DNA of 43,650 bases from Deltaproteobacteria bacterium UBA2957. GTDB taxonomy: Bacteria > Myxococcota_A > UBA796. The notes beneath the pieces were generated by a model, which had not been told where the DNA came from, did not search any database, and worked only from the letters and a program-made list of their open reading frames with translations. The stretch spans positions 1-43,650 of the forward strand of contig DEBL01000396.1 in NCBI GenBank assembly GCA_002348535.1, read 5' to 3'. Shown piece after piece: positions 8,951-18,679 of this stretch (position 1 is its first letter; each line of letters starts with the position of its first letter). Both the position numbers and the translations under genes were made by a program.

Positions 8951-9517
8951 ATGCCGCCCACAGACTGGCCGACCCACTACGTCGCTGAACGACCTTTCAT
9001 CAACTTATTTGGCCGAACCTATCGGATCTTCGACGGCGGAAGGTTGGCCTTCTTCGTTCGCCAGAAACTCTTCAAACTGAAAGAAGCCATCAATGTCTAC
9101 GGCGATGACACCATGCGCGACATTCGACTTGAGATTCGCGCCCGAAATGTCATCGACTTCTCTGCAACCTACGACATCAACGACCCGACCCAAAACACGC
9201 TCGTCGGCGGCTTCCGTCGGAAGGGAGTTCGCTCTCTTCTCCGCGACACTTGGACCATTCTCGACGCGAGCGGTGTTGAAATCGGGACCATCGAAGAGGA
9301 TTCCGCGCTCGTTGCGATGTTCCGCCGTTTCCTAACGAGCCTGATTCCACAGACCTTTTACGTTTCAATCAACGGAACTCGGGCAGGTATCATTAAACAG
9401 CGATTTAACCTCTTCAAGATCGTTTACGACGTATCCATACAATCGCCCCACTTTGATCCTCGGATGGGAGTGGCCGCATCCATCCTGCTAATGGCCATCG
9501 AAGGACGCCAGACATGA
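8951..9517 (+). CDS. LURP-one-related (LOR/DUF567) / scramblase-like tubby-fold protein
   Basis: ATG 8951 is preceded by GGAG (8941-8944). There is a repeated beta-hairpin-like pattern (YRIFDGGRLAFFVRQKLFKLKEAINVY..., WTILDASGVEIGTIEE...) and a hydrophobic C-terminal helix (MGVAASILLMAIEG), resembling YxjI/LOR-type proteins. This is a pattern-level call, not a search result. The stop overlaps the MFP start (ATGA at 9514-9517). Confidence 0.5.
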   Translation: MPPTDWPTHYVAERPFINLFGRTYRIFDGGRLAFFVRQKLFKLKEAINVYGDDTMRDIRLEIRARNVIDFSATYDINDPTQNTLVGGFRRKGVRSLLRDTWTILDASGVEIGTIEEDSALVAMFRRFLTSLIPQTFYVSINGTRAGIIKQRFNLFKIVYDVSIQSPHFDPRMGVAASILLMAIEGRQT

Positions 9518-10794
9518 ACCGAATATGGATCGCAACCGCACTCCTGCTGTCCACTATGGCAGCGTGTGACTGGGACCAACGTCGCGGCAAAGGACGGTAT
9601 GGCAAAGGCTCTTGGGGCGGCAACACTGTCAAGGACTGGCGGGTGCTGGTTGAAGCGGTCGACGTCGGAGTGGGCTCTGTGGCCCGCGAATTGGTGACCC
9701 ACGGCACGCTCGAGAGCGAAGCCATGGCCGACATCACCCCCGAGGCGGGCGGTGTCGTTCAAGAGATCCGCGTCGAAGAGGGAGATTCTGTTCGGGCCGG
9801 AAGCATCCTCGCTGTGCTCTCCAACCCCAGCTTAGAGGCAGGCAGCGCTCGAGCTCGGGTGGAACTTTCGCAGGCCCAGCGGCGATTCGAACAAGCCCAA
9901 ACCCTTCATGCGCGCGGCGCCATCTCGGATACCGAGTTTCAAGAAGCGGAGGATGGATTCGCGATTGCAAAAGCCAGCCATCGTGAGGCGACCGGGTCAG
10001 CGGGGTTCACCCGGCTCACGAGTCCGATCGATGGAACGGTGTCGATCCGGGACGTACGACTTGGCGAACTCGCAGGCGGCGCACAACGAGCCTTTCAGGT
10101 GGTGGACCTCAATCGTCTTCGAGTGATCGTGAACTTGTCCGAGGGTGACCTCGAGTATTTGTCGATCGGGCAACCCGTTGTGCTCGCCGGCACCTACGAT
10201 GACAAGGCAACGTCCACCGGCGAAATCCTTCGGATTAGCCCAGTGGTCGATGAAACCTCGGGCACCGTCCGCGTCACCATCGCCGTGCACACGGATGACA
10301 AAACCGGTGGACGCCTACGTCCGGGACAATTTGTTGAGGTTCGCATCGAAGTCGACCGACACTCCGATGTCATGACCATTCCAAGGCGTGCGGTGTACTG
10401 GCAGGACGGCGCCCCGGTCGCTTGGCGCATCACGGACAAGCCGCCTGCTGAAGAGAACGCATCTCGCGGCAAGTGGAGCAACCGGGGAAACGGCGATGAC
10501 AAAGATGACTGGTTCAAGAACCTCTTCAAGAACGCTCAGGAGAAAAAAGAATCCTCTGACCCTTGGGAAGGCGTACCCCGGCGCATGGTCGAACGGGTCA
10601 GTCTGTCCCTTGGCTATACAGACTCCGTGAACGCTGAGATCACGGCCGGGCTGGCCCGAGGCGACACCATTGTGAACATCGGCGGTGAGAACCTTCGCCC
10701 CGATGCCGAGGTCAAGCTTCCCGGTGATCCCAATCCGAAGCGCCCCGAGCGCGGCGACAAGAAACCGGATGACGAAGAAGGCGAAGACGAGTGA
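9514..10794 (+). CDS. RND efflux periplasmic adaptor (MFP/HlyD family) lipoprotein
   Basis: Probable lipobox (LLLSTMAAC). Biotinyl-lipoyl-like motif (PEAGGVVQEIRVEEGDSVRAGSILAVL), a coiled-coil hairpin, and beta-barrel segments (SPIDGTVSIRDVRLGE; RPGQFVEVRI). Confidence 0.85.
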   Translation: MNRIWIATALLLSTMAACDWDQRRGKGRYGKGSWGGNTVKDWRVLVEAVDVGVGSVARELVTHGTLESEAMADITPEAGGVVQEIRVEEGDSVRAGSILAVLSNPSLEAGSARARVELSQAQRRFEQAQTLHARGAISDTEFQEAEDGFAIAKASHREATGSAGFTRLTSPIDGTVSIRDVRLGELAGGAQRAFQVVDLNRLRVIVNLSEGDLEYLSIGQPVVLAGTYDDKATSTGEILRISPVVDETSGTVRVTIAVHTDDKTGGRLRPGQFVEVRIEVDRHSDVMTIPRRAVYWQDGAPVAWRITDKPPAEENASRGKWSNRGNGDDKDDWFKNLFKNAQEKKESSDPWEGVPRRMVERVSLSLGYTDSVNAEITAGLARGDTIVNIGGENLRPDAEVKLPGDPNPKRPERGDKKPDDEEGEDE

Positions 10795-13700
10795 ACGTGT
10801 TTGAGCGGGTCGTACGCCGACCAGTGGCAACGTGGATGGTCGCCATTGCCGCCGCGGTGTTCGGCTTGGTGTCCTACGAGCGTCTGCCCCTGAACCTCAT
10901 GCCCGACCTCTCGTACCCCACGATCACCGTGCGGACCGAGGTCGCTGGGTACGCACCCGAGGAGGTTGAGGTTCAGGTGTCCCGGCGCATCGAGGAGGCG
11001 CTGGCCACGACGCCCGGTCTCGTCGAGTTGGAAAGCCGTTCCCGTGCAGGCATGTCGGATGTCATCCTCGAGTTCTCGTGGGGCACCGACATGAACAAGG
11101 CGAGTCAGTCCATCCGCGAGCAGTTGCAGACCACGTTTCTACCCGATGATGCGGATCGGCCGCTAATTCTGCGCTTTGACCCAAACCTCGACCCGGTCAT
11201 GCGCGTCGCCATATCGGCCCCCGAATCTGCAGACCCGCAGGCACAACTTCAAGAGTTGCGAACCGTCGCGGAGCGGCAGATCAAGCGCCGTCTTGAAGCG
11301 ATGGATGGGGTGGCGAGCGTTCGCGTTCGCGGCGGGTTGGCCGCTGAAATTAAGATCGAAGTCCGAGAAGGATGGATGGCGGCCAGAGGGATCACGATCG
11401 AACAGGTCGCCGCAGCGTTGACCGAGGAAAACGTAAATCTCCCCGGTGGCGCCATTTTAGAGGGCGACTACGAGTATTTGGTTCGTACCGTGGGCGAGCT
11501 CGTGACCGTCGACGACATCCGAGCGATCCAGATCAAACGAGCCGACGGCGTGGTCGTGCCCTTGACCGAACTGGCGACAGTCACCGAGGGATTTCGAGAA
11601 CGTGAAGTGGTGAGCCGACTTGATGCAGCCGAATCAGTGGAACTCGAGATCTTCAAGTCTGCGGACGCCAACATTGTGCAGTTGTCCCGGCGGATTCGTG
11701 CCGTTTTAGGCGCCGATGACCAGTCCCACCAGAAGTCCGAGTGGGGCCGCCCCTCGACGATCAAAGACCAGCTTCCCGACGACGTATCAATGGCCATCCT
11801 CGAAGACCAAGCCGGATTTATCGAGGCCAGCATCAACAACCTCCGTTCGACGGCCCTGCTGGGGGCGGTGTTGGCCGTATCCATTTTGTTCATGTTTCTT
11901 CGGGATGTCCGCGCAACGCTGATCATCGCGACCGCAATTCCTCTGTCAATCATCGCTACCTTCGCTCCGATGTACCTCGGCGGCGTCAGCTTGAACCTGA
12001 TGAGTCTCGGCGGATTGGCGCTCGGAATCGGAATGCTGGTCGACAATGCCATCGTTGTTTTAGAAAACATTCACGTGCAGCGAGAACGAGGCCTTGGTCG
12101 AATCGAAGCGGCCATCACAGGCACGAAGACTGTTGCAGCAGCGGTCATCGCATCGACACTCACGACCGTGTGCGTGTTTATGCCCATTGCGTTTGTCGAG
12201 GGCGTAGCCGGACAACTTTTTGGTGACCTTGCCCTTGCCGTCGTGTTTTCCCTACTCGCTTCGTTGGTCGTTGCCCTGTTTTTCGTTCCGATGCTTGCGG
12301 CATACGATGTCACAATCAACGATGACCGCAGTCCATTCATGGCCATTTCTCGCTCCGGTCGATTTGAATCCATCGGTCAGTTGCGCACGGCTTGGCGGTC
12401 TTCTGCACGGTGGCAACAACCCTACTTGCTGATTCGCTTTGCCGTCCGCGTCGTTTGTGAAGCCGTCGCTGTGCTCGCGATGGGCATCGCGACCGTCATG
12501 GTGCGGCCCGTCATCTGGTTTTTGAAACGCATCTTGCGCTTGGTATTCCGACGGGCGAACGCCGCAGCCAGTCGATTCCACGAACGCTACCAACAACTCG
12601 ATGGACGCTACAGTGGCCTGATTCAGGCGGCCCTTGATCGCCCCGCTACCGTCCTTGGTTCAGCCGCTGTGATTGTCGCGATTAGCATTCCGCTGTTCAG
12701 CACGCTCGGGCAATCGCTTATTCCCGAGATGCACCAAGGCCGCTTCACTGCAGAGATCGCACTCCCCGTCGGTTCCCCGTTGTCAAGAACGGTCGATCGC
12801 GTGGTCGCGGCCGAGAAGGAATTGGTCAACGACCCTGACATCGTCCACATCCACTCGGTGGTGGGCACCGAAAGTCGCGCGGACAGCCGCTCGGACGAGG
12901 GTGAGCATACGGCCCGGTTAATGATCGAGGTTCGCGGCGGCGGTGGAATCGAATCCCGTGAGCGGGCCGTAATGGACCGCGTGCGAGAGGCGCTGACCGA
13001 CCCGACCGACGACCCGATCGCTGTGCGCATGGTTCGGCCAAGCCTGTTTTCGTTCCGAACGCCCATCGAGGTTCTCCTGTTTGATTCCGATTTGGACCGA
13101 CTGCAGCAAAGCTCGAGCGCAACCGTGGACGAACTCCAACAAGTCGAAGGGCTGACCGACATCCGGTCCAGCCTGTCGCCCGGCTATCCTGAAGTGCGGA
13201 TTGACTACGACCGAACGCTGTTGACTCGATTCAACCTGAGCACCGGTGGAGTGGCTCGGGCGATTCGAACAAAAGTGCTTGGAACCACGGCAACCACGCT
13301 GTCGCGCGGCGATGGACGGGTCGATCTCAGTGTGCGCCTCGACCCCTCCCAGCGGCGAGGCATCGAGATGCTGAAACGCCTCAATGTAAATCCAGAGTTG
13401 AATCCACCAATTCCTCTGGTCAGTGTTGCACGCTTCTCCGAGGAAGTCGGCCCCAGCGAGATTCGCCGGATTGACCAGCGCCGAGCCGTGGTGGTCAGCG
13501 CCAACATGGATGGATTTGACCTTTCAGGAATGTCTGAAACGATCCAAGACCGGATCGGTCAGTTGACCCTCGAGAGTCAGGCCGAGATGGGGGGCCAAAA
13601 TCGAGAAATGCAACGCTCCATGAAGAGCATGCAGTTCGCCCTGATGCTGGCTCTGTTTTTGGTCTACGTCATCATGGCGAGCACGTTCGAGAGCATTCTC

Positions 13701-14117
13701 CACCCGTTTGTCATCCTGCTCAGTGTCCCCCTCGCGCTGGTTGGTGTGGGGGTTGGGTTGCTGGTTACACAAACAGCGGTGAGCGTCGTGGTGTTGATCG
13801 GTGCCATCGTTCTGTGCGGAGTTGTGGTCAACAACGCCATTGTCTTGGTCGATACCATCAATCAACATCGGGCCAGCGGGATGGAACGGGTCGAATCGAT
13901 CAAAACCGCAGCACAACTTCGCCTGAGACCCATCCTGATCACCACACTGACCACAATTTTGGGTCTGCTGCCCTTGGCCTTGGGGTTCGGCGAAGGCGGA
14001 GAGATCCAGCGCCCCCTGGCGCTCACCATCATTGCGGGGTTGACGAGTGCCACCGTCCTTACCCTCGGGGTAATTCCCGTCGTGTACCTGACCCTCACCC
14101 GGACGCTTGAGCGATGA
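10791..14117 (+). CDS. RND efflux permease (AcrB/HAE family), copy 1
   Basis: 1108 aa. VRRPVATWMVAIAAAVFGLVSY N-terminal TM1, two large periplasmic loops, the conserved TM4 region GLALGIGMLVDNAIVVLENI and TM10 region VVLIGAIVLCGVVVNNAIVLVD. GTG start overlaps the MFP stop (GTGA). Confidence 0.9.
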   Translation: MNVFERVVRRPVATWMVAIAAAVFGLVSYERLPLNLMPDLSYPTITVRTEVAGYAPEEVEVQVSRRIEEALATTPGLVELESRSRAGMSDVILEFSWGTDMNKASQSIREQLQTTFLPDDADRPLILRFDPNLDPVMRVAISAPESADPQAQLQELRTVAERQIKRRLEAMDGVASVRVRGGLAAEIKIEVREGWMAARGITIEQVAAALTEENVNLPGGAILEGDYEYLVRTVGELVTVDDIRAIQIKRADGVVVPLTELATVTEGFREREVVSRLDAAESVELEIFKSADANIVQLSRRIRAVLGADDQSHQKSEWGRPSTIKDQLPDDVSMAILEDQAGFIEASINNLRSTALLGAVLAVSILFMFLRDVRATLIIATAIPLSIIATFAPMYLGGVSLNLMSLGGLALGIGMLVDNAIVVLENIHVQRERGLGRIEAAITGTKTVAAAVIASTLTTVCVFMPIAFVEGVAGQLFGDLALAVVFSLLASLVVALFFVPMLAAYDVTINDDRSPFMAISRSGRFESIGQLRTAWRSSARWQQPYLLIRFAVRVVCEAVAVLAMGIATVMVRPVIWFLKRILRLVFRRANAAASRFHERYQQLDGRYSGLIQAALDRPATVLGSAAVIVAISIPLFSTLGQSLIPEMHQGRFTAEIALPVGSPLSRTVDRVVAAEKELVNDPDIVHIHSVVGTESRADSRSDEGEHTARLMIEVRGGGGIESRERAVMDRVREALTDPTDDPIAVRMVRPSLFSFRTPIEVLLFDSDLDRLQQSSSATVDELQQVEGLTDIRSSLSPGYPEVRIDYDRTLLTRFNLSTGGVARAIRTKVLGTTATTLSRGDGRVDLSVRLDPSQRRGIEMLKRLNVNPELNPPIPLVSVARFSEEVGPSEIRRIDQRRAVVVSANMDGFDLSGMSETIQDRIGQLTLESQAEMGGQNREMQRSMKSMQFALMLALFLVYVIMASTFESILHPFVILLSVPLALVGVGVGLLVTQTAVSVVVLIGAIVLCGVVVNNAIVLVDTINQHRASGMERVESIKTAAQLRLRPILITTLTTILGLLPLALGFGEGGEIQRPLALTIIAGLTSATVLTLGVIPVVYLTLTRTLER

Positions 14118-17100
14118 TTCGGCTTCTCGCACGCTTGAGTGTGGGTCGGCCCGTGACGGTGGTGATGACCTTCATGGCCCTGATCCTCATGGGGACTATC
14201 GCGTGGGAAAAGATCCCGGTTGAGATGATGCCAGGGCGGTTTTCGTTGAATCAGATGTGGGTCTGGATTCCATACAAAGACTCCACACCCCGCGAGACCG
14301 AACGGCAGGTTGTCCGACCCATGGAAGAACACCTCTCCACAGCACCGGGCCTCAAGGAGATGAACACCCGCGCATCCCGAGGGTCAGCACGAGCCAGTCT
14401 GTCCTTTCACCGCAGTGTGTCGATGGATGAGGCATACAACGCCGTCGCCGATCGACTCGAACGAGCCATGGCCGACTTTCCAGACGATCTCGATCGATAC
14501 TGGATCTACCGATGGAGTCCGGGCGATGAACCCATAATTTGGGGTGGTATACGCCTTCCTGATGGTGTCGAAGACCCGGACCAGATGGTTACCGACATCG
14601 TCCAGAATCGGCTCGAGCGCATACCGGGGGTCGGCAATGTTGATGTGTGGGGCATCGACTCCCAAGCCGTTTACATCGACATCGACCGCGATGCCTTGAT
14701 GGCCCATCGGGTCAATCTCTGGGACGTGATGGGTGACCTGCAGACCGACAACTTTCAGATGGCTTCGGGTCGGATCGTGGACCGGGGCAAAGTCCGATAC
14801 GTACGCAGCCTAGCCCGCTATGATGATCTCGAAGAGTTGCGCCAGTATCCAATCGGCAACAACCTCGTGCTATCCGACATCGCGCGCGTCGAACGGCGCT
14901 TCGGATCGCATGCTCAGATTGCGCGAATCGAAGGACAAGATGGTGTTGCTTTCGGCATTTATAAAGAGAGTGACGCCAACACAGTCATGGTCTCCAACGC
15001 GATCACGGATACCTTTGCCGACATCGAGAGAGACCCACGCTACGAAGGAGCACGTTTCGTCACCTTTTTCGATCAAGGCGATCTGATCCAAGAATCGATC
15101 GACAACGTGCTGCATACGGCTGCGTGGGGTGGCTTATTCGCCGTCGTGGTGCTCTTTGCGTTTCTTCGCCAATGGAAGATGACTCTGCTGATCGCGTCCT
15201 GCATTCCGTTCACGCTGTTGCTCACGGTCACACTCACATACTTTGCGGGTCGATCACTGAATCTGTTGAGTCTGATGGGCCTGATGCTGGCGGTGGGTAT
15301 GGTGGTTGACAACGCCATTGTCGTGGTGGAAAGCATCTACGCGCGCCGCCAACAAGGCGAGGACGCCAAAACGGCATCCGTTCAGGGCACCATCGACATC
15401 GGCCTCGCCATTACCCTTTCGACCATGACCACCATGGTCGTGTTTTTGCCCATCATTCTGATGAGCGGCGATGCCGACTTCAGCTTTTTCATGAGTGAAT
15501 TGGGGATGCCTGTGGTCTGGGCCCTCGGCGCCAGTCTATTGGTCGCCCTCTATTTCACACCATTGACCACAACCATCATCCGAAACGACAAGCGGATCGA
15601 AGAGCCTGCATGGGTCAAGTGGCTGGCGAACCACTACCGAAGAACGCTGTCGTGGTTCCTGCGCCAACGCACCGACGGCTTGATGCTGGTGCTCACGATC
15701 CTGTTCGTCACCATCGCAGTCCCCGTGCAAGCGGTCGGCTGCGAGGACACCGGCGGCAGCGGAGGAGGAGAGTTCGCAATCCGATACTCAGTTGGGCCGG
15801 ATGCAACCACTCAAGACCGACTCAGTGTGGTCGAGACCGTTGACGCCTTTGTGTCGGAAAACCGCGAAACATGGGGGATCAGAACATGGCGATCTCGCAT
15901 GAATCTAATGGCCAAGAGCGGCAGCACCTCGGTGTACCTTTCCAGCGACCGTGACCCATCGATGATGAGTCGGGGCGAGGTCATCGAAGATGCCAAGTCA
16001 AAGATGCCAGAAATTCCCGGAACCCAGCTCCGCATCGGATGGGGCGGCGGCGGCGGTGAACAAAAACAGATCAAGCTGTACCTCCACGGCGAGGACACTC
16101 AGACCCTCGAGTCCCTCGCCGAAACGGTTCAACGCGTTGTCGCGGCTATACCCAGTGTGGTGGGCGCGGTCCCGCAGCTCGAAGAAAACGGCGGTCAAGA
16201 GATTCGACTCAATGTCGACCGCACCGCAGCAAACCGATTTGGGGTGAGCCCCAATCAAATCGGTCGAACGGTGGGCTTCGCTCTCCGCAGTACGCTTCTT
16301 CCCGACTTTGTCGATGAGGAAAAAGACATCCCCGTGGTGAGCCGGTTCGAAGCCGAAGACCGAGCAGACCTCAATCGACTCATGGACTTCCCAGTGTGGT
16401 CCAACACCAGCCGAAAGATGGTCCCGCTCCGTGCGCTCACGGATGCCGGGTACGCCCAAGGCCTCGGCTCAATCCAGCGAGAAAACCGGGTGACGAGCTA
16501 CCCCATCGTGATCGATGTCGCCGATGAGGTCTCGCAGAGCGCGGCTTGGACCAATATCGAGGGCGCCTTGCAGAGCATGAAGTTCCCCCAGGGATACACT
16601 TGGTCCCGAAGCTGGAGCCAAGAAATCGACACCGAAGAACGCGGCGCGCAAATCATGGCGCTGGTGCTCTCCATCACCTTTGTGTTTTTAATCATGGGCG
16701 TTCTGTTCGAGAGCTTCCTGCTGCCCTTGAGCATCATCACAACGATTCCCATGGCCTTTTTAGGCGCCTATTGGACCCTCTACTGGACCGACACGCCGCT
16801 GGACATGATGGGGGCCGTCGGGCTCGTCATCTTGGTGGGCGTCGTGGTCAACAACGGCATCGTGTACATCGACCTCGTGACCCGACTACGGGCCGCGGGA
16901 GCCGACCGCATTGATGCGCTTGTGGAAGGCGGTGCTCGTCGGCTTCGTCCCATCCTCATGACTGCATTGACCACCATTTTTGGCTTGCTCCCCATGGCGG
17001 TCGGGGACTCGTCCTTCGTTGGAATGCCCTACTACCCGCTCGGGCGGGTGGTGGCCGGGGGCCTCGCCACCGGCACCGTCCTCACACTGTTCCTGTTGCC

Positions 17101-17191
17101 GTTCCTGTACACGGTCTTGGACGACATGCGCATCACGAGTCGCCGATGGGTGGCCTATGTTGTGACCAACAAGAAGGAGGCACAGCCATGA
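14114..17191 (+). CDS. RND efflux permease (AcrB/HAE family), copy 2
   Basis: 1025 aa. GRPVTVVMTFMALILMG TM1, GLMLAVGMVVDNAIVVVESI and GLVILVGVVVNNGIVYIDL motifs. The ATG overlaps the stop of copy 1 (ATGA at 14114-14117). Confidence 0.9.
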   Translation: MIRLLARLSVGRPVTVVMTFMALILMGTIAWEKIPVEMMPGRFSLNQMWVWIPYKDSTPRETERQVVRPMEEHLSTAPGLKEMNTRASRGSARASLSFHRSVSMDEAYNAVADRLERAMADFPDDLDRYWIYRWSPGDEPIIWGGIRLPDGVEDPDQMVTDIVQNRLERIPGVGNVDVWGIDSQAVYIDIDRDALMAHRVNLWDVMGDLQTDNFQMASGRIVDRGKVRYVRSLARYDDLEELRQYPIGNNLVLSDIARVERRFGSHAQIARIEGQDGVAFGIYKESDANTVMVSNAITDTFADIERDPRYEGARFVTFFDQGDLIQESIDNVLHTAAWGGLFAVVVLFAFLRQWKMTLLIASCIPFTLLLTVTLTYFAGRSLNLLSLMGLMLAVGMVVDNAIVVVESIYARRQQGEDAKTASVQGTIDIGLAITLSTMTTMVVFLPIILMSGDADFSFFMSELGMPVVWALGASLLVALYFTPLTTTIIRNDKRIEEPAWVKWLANHYRRTLSWFLRQRTDGLMLVLTILFVTIAVPVQAVGCEDTGGSGGGEFAIRYSVGPDATTQDRLSVVETVDAFVSENRETWGIRTWRSRMNLMAKSGSTSVYLSSDRDPSMMSRGEVIEDAKSKMPEIPGTQLRIGWGGGGGEQKQIKLYLHGEDTQTLESLAETVQRVVAAIPSVVGAVPQLEENGGQEIRLNVDRTAANRFGVSPNQIGRTVGFALRSTLLPDFVDEEKDIPVVSRFEAEDRADLNRLMDFPVWSNTSRKMVPLRALTDAGYAQGLGSIQRENRVTSYPIVIDVADEVSQSAAWTNIEGALQSMKFPQGYTWSRSWSQEIDTEERGAQIMALVLSITFVFLIMGVLFESFLLPLSIITTIPMAFLGAYWTLYWTDTPLDMMGAVGLVILVGVVVNNGIVYIDLVTRLRAAGADRIDALVEGGARRLRPILMTALTTIFGLLPMAVGDSSFVGMPYYPLGRVVAGGLATGTVLTLFLLPFLYTVLDDMRITSRRWVAYVVTNKKEAQP

Positions 17192-18627
17192 TTGCCCCAT
17201 TCCTGCTCATCTATTCCTCCGTTGCGGCATCGGCAGGGGATGCACTGGAACTAACCTACGACGCCGTGCTCAAGTCCGCTGTGGCCAACAATCCGACCTT
17301 GCTGGGTGCTCAGTACGACGTCGAGGCGGCGAGGGGAACCCTGATGGCAGCCCGGGGGATCTTCGACCCAGCCTTCGAGGCCACCGCATCCCAAAACCAG
17401 TTTACTTCCGAGTCGACGCGCGAATTCGGAGAGGTTCTCAGTGAGTTCGACAGCGCATCATGGAGCACTAGCCTGAATCAAAACCTCCCGACGGGGACCA
17501 ACATCAACGTGAGTTGGACGACCACCACGAGCCGATTCCGGTACGAACTGCGCAACACAAGCTACACCGTGGAACAGCAAGAGCCATTGTTCGAATCTCG
17601 AATGGTGACCTCCTTGACCCAAAACATCCTCGAAGGTCACCGATTGGCGAGCAATCTCGAAGGTGTACGATCCGCCGCGCGGGGGATGGACATCGCGGAG
17701 GCCAGTCAACGCAGAGCACGTCAACAGACTCTCGCCGATGCTGCCAGCGCCTATTGGAGCACCCGCACGCAGTGGAAACTCGCTGACATTGCGGCCGCTG
17801 CCATCGATGCTGCCATCGAAGAACAACGAGTTGTGCACGCCAAGGTTGAGCAAGGGACGCTTGCGCCGGTGGAGCGCACCCGTGTTGACGCTGCCGTGGT
17901 TCAGGCCCGCCGAGAGTCCCTGCGTGCCCTCGACGCTGCGCGCAGCGCGGAAGACGCCCTCTTGCTCATGATCGGACAGCCCCCGGGCACCTCGATACTC
18001 TTGGTCTCCGTGCCCAGTGATCCCGCCACAGTAGTGATTGACTCCACCGCGGTCGAAACGGCAGCCATCGAGGGAAATCCAGAGCTGCATGTCGCTCGGA
18101 TTCAAGAACACAGTGCGGAGATGGCACGCTTGGATGCACGGCACCGCTTGCTCCCCGAGCTGAACCTCAACGCCAGTTATTCGCTCGTCGGCTACGAACA
18201 ATCGGCCGTAGCGGCGCGGGAAGAGTTGTTAAGCGGTGACCTGCCTGAATGGCGCATGGGCGCCACCTTGAGCATGCCGTTGCTCGGGAGAGCGGATCGC
18301 GGGCAGGCGCTGTCCCGTTCCGCCGAAGCCGCCAAGGCACGCTCAGAGCGACTGCAACTGGAGCGACGAATACGCTCCGAGGTTCGCGCTCAGCTTCGCG
18401 TGATTGAGGCAGCGACCGTGGAGATTCAGTTGGCAGCAGCCAACCTTGAACTGGCGACACAGACCCTCGAAGCCGAGCGAGCATTGACGGATGCAGGGCG
18501 AGCCATTCAAAAGGATCTTCTCGAGTCGATCGCGGCAGTCGACGATGCCAAGACTCAGTTGGAACGCTCGAGGGGGGACTATCAACTGGCCTTGATCGAA
18601 CTCGAGCGACTCAAAGGCACGCTGTAA
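17188..18627 (+). CDS. TolC-family outer-membrane efflux protein
   Basis: ATG 17188 is preceded by AAGGAGG (17173-17179) and overlaps the RND2 stop (ATGA). Signal peptide MIAPFLLIYSSVAASA/GD. Two OEP-type repeats begin LTYDAVLKSAVANNPTLL and AVETAAIEGNPELHVAR. Confidence 0.85.
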   Translation: MIAPFLLIYSSVAASAGDALELTYDAVLKSAVANNPTLLGAQYDVEAARGTLMAARGIFDPAFEATASQNQFTSESTREFGEVLSEFDSASWSTSLNQNLPTGTNINVSWTTTTSRFRYELRNTSYTVEQQEPLFESRMVTSLTQNILEGHRLASNLEGVRSAARGMDIAEASQRRARQQTLADAASAYWSTRTQWKLADIAAAAIDAAIEEQRVVHAKVEQGTLAPVERTRVDAAVVQARRESLRALDAARSAEDALLLMIGQPPGTSILLVSVPSDPATVVIDSTAVETAAIEGNPELHVARIQEHSAEMARLDARHRLLPELNLNASYSLVGYEQSAVAAREELLSGDLPEWRMGATLSMPLLGRADRGQALSRSAEAAKARSERLQLERRIRSEVRAQLRVIEAATVEIQLAAANLELATQTLEAERALTDAGRAIQKDLLESIAAVDDAKTQLERSRGDYQLALIELERLKGTL

Positions 18628-18679
18628 AGGAAGACCGAGGCCGCTGCGCGTGTTTCGAACCTGTCTTGGAGATTACCGA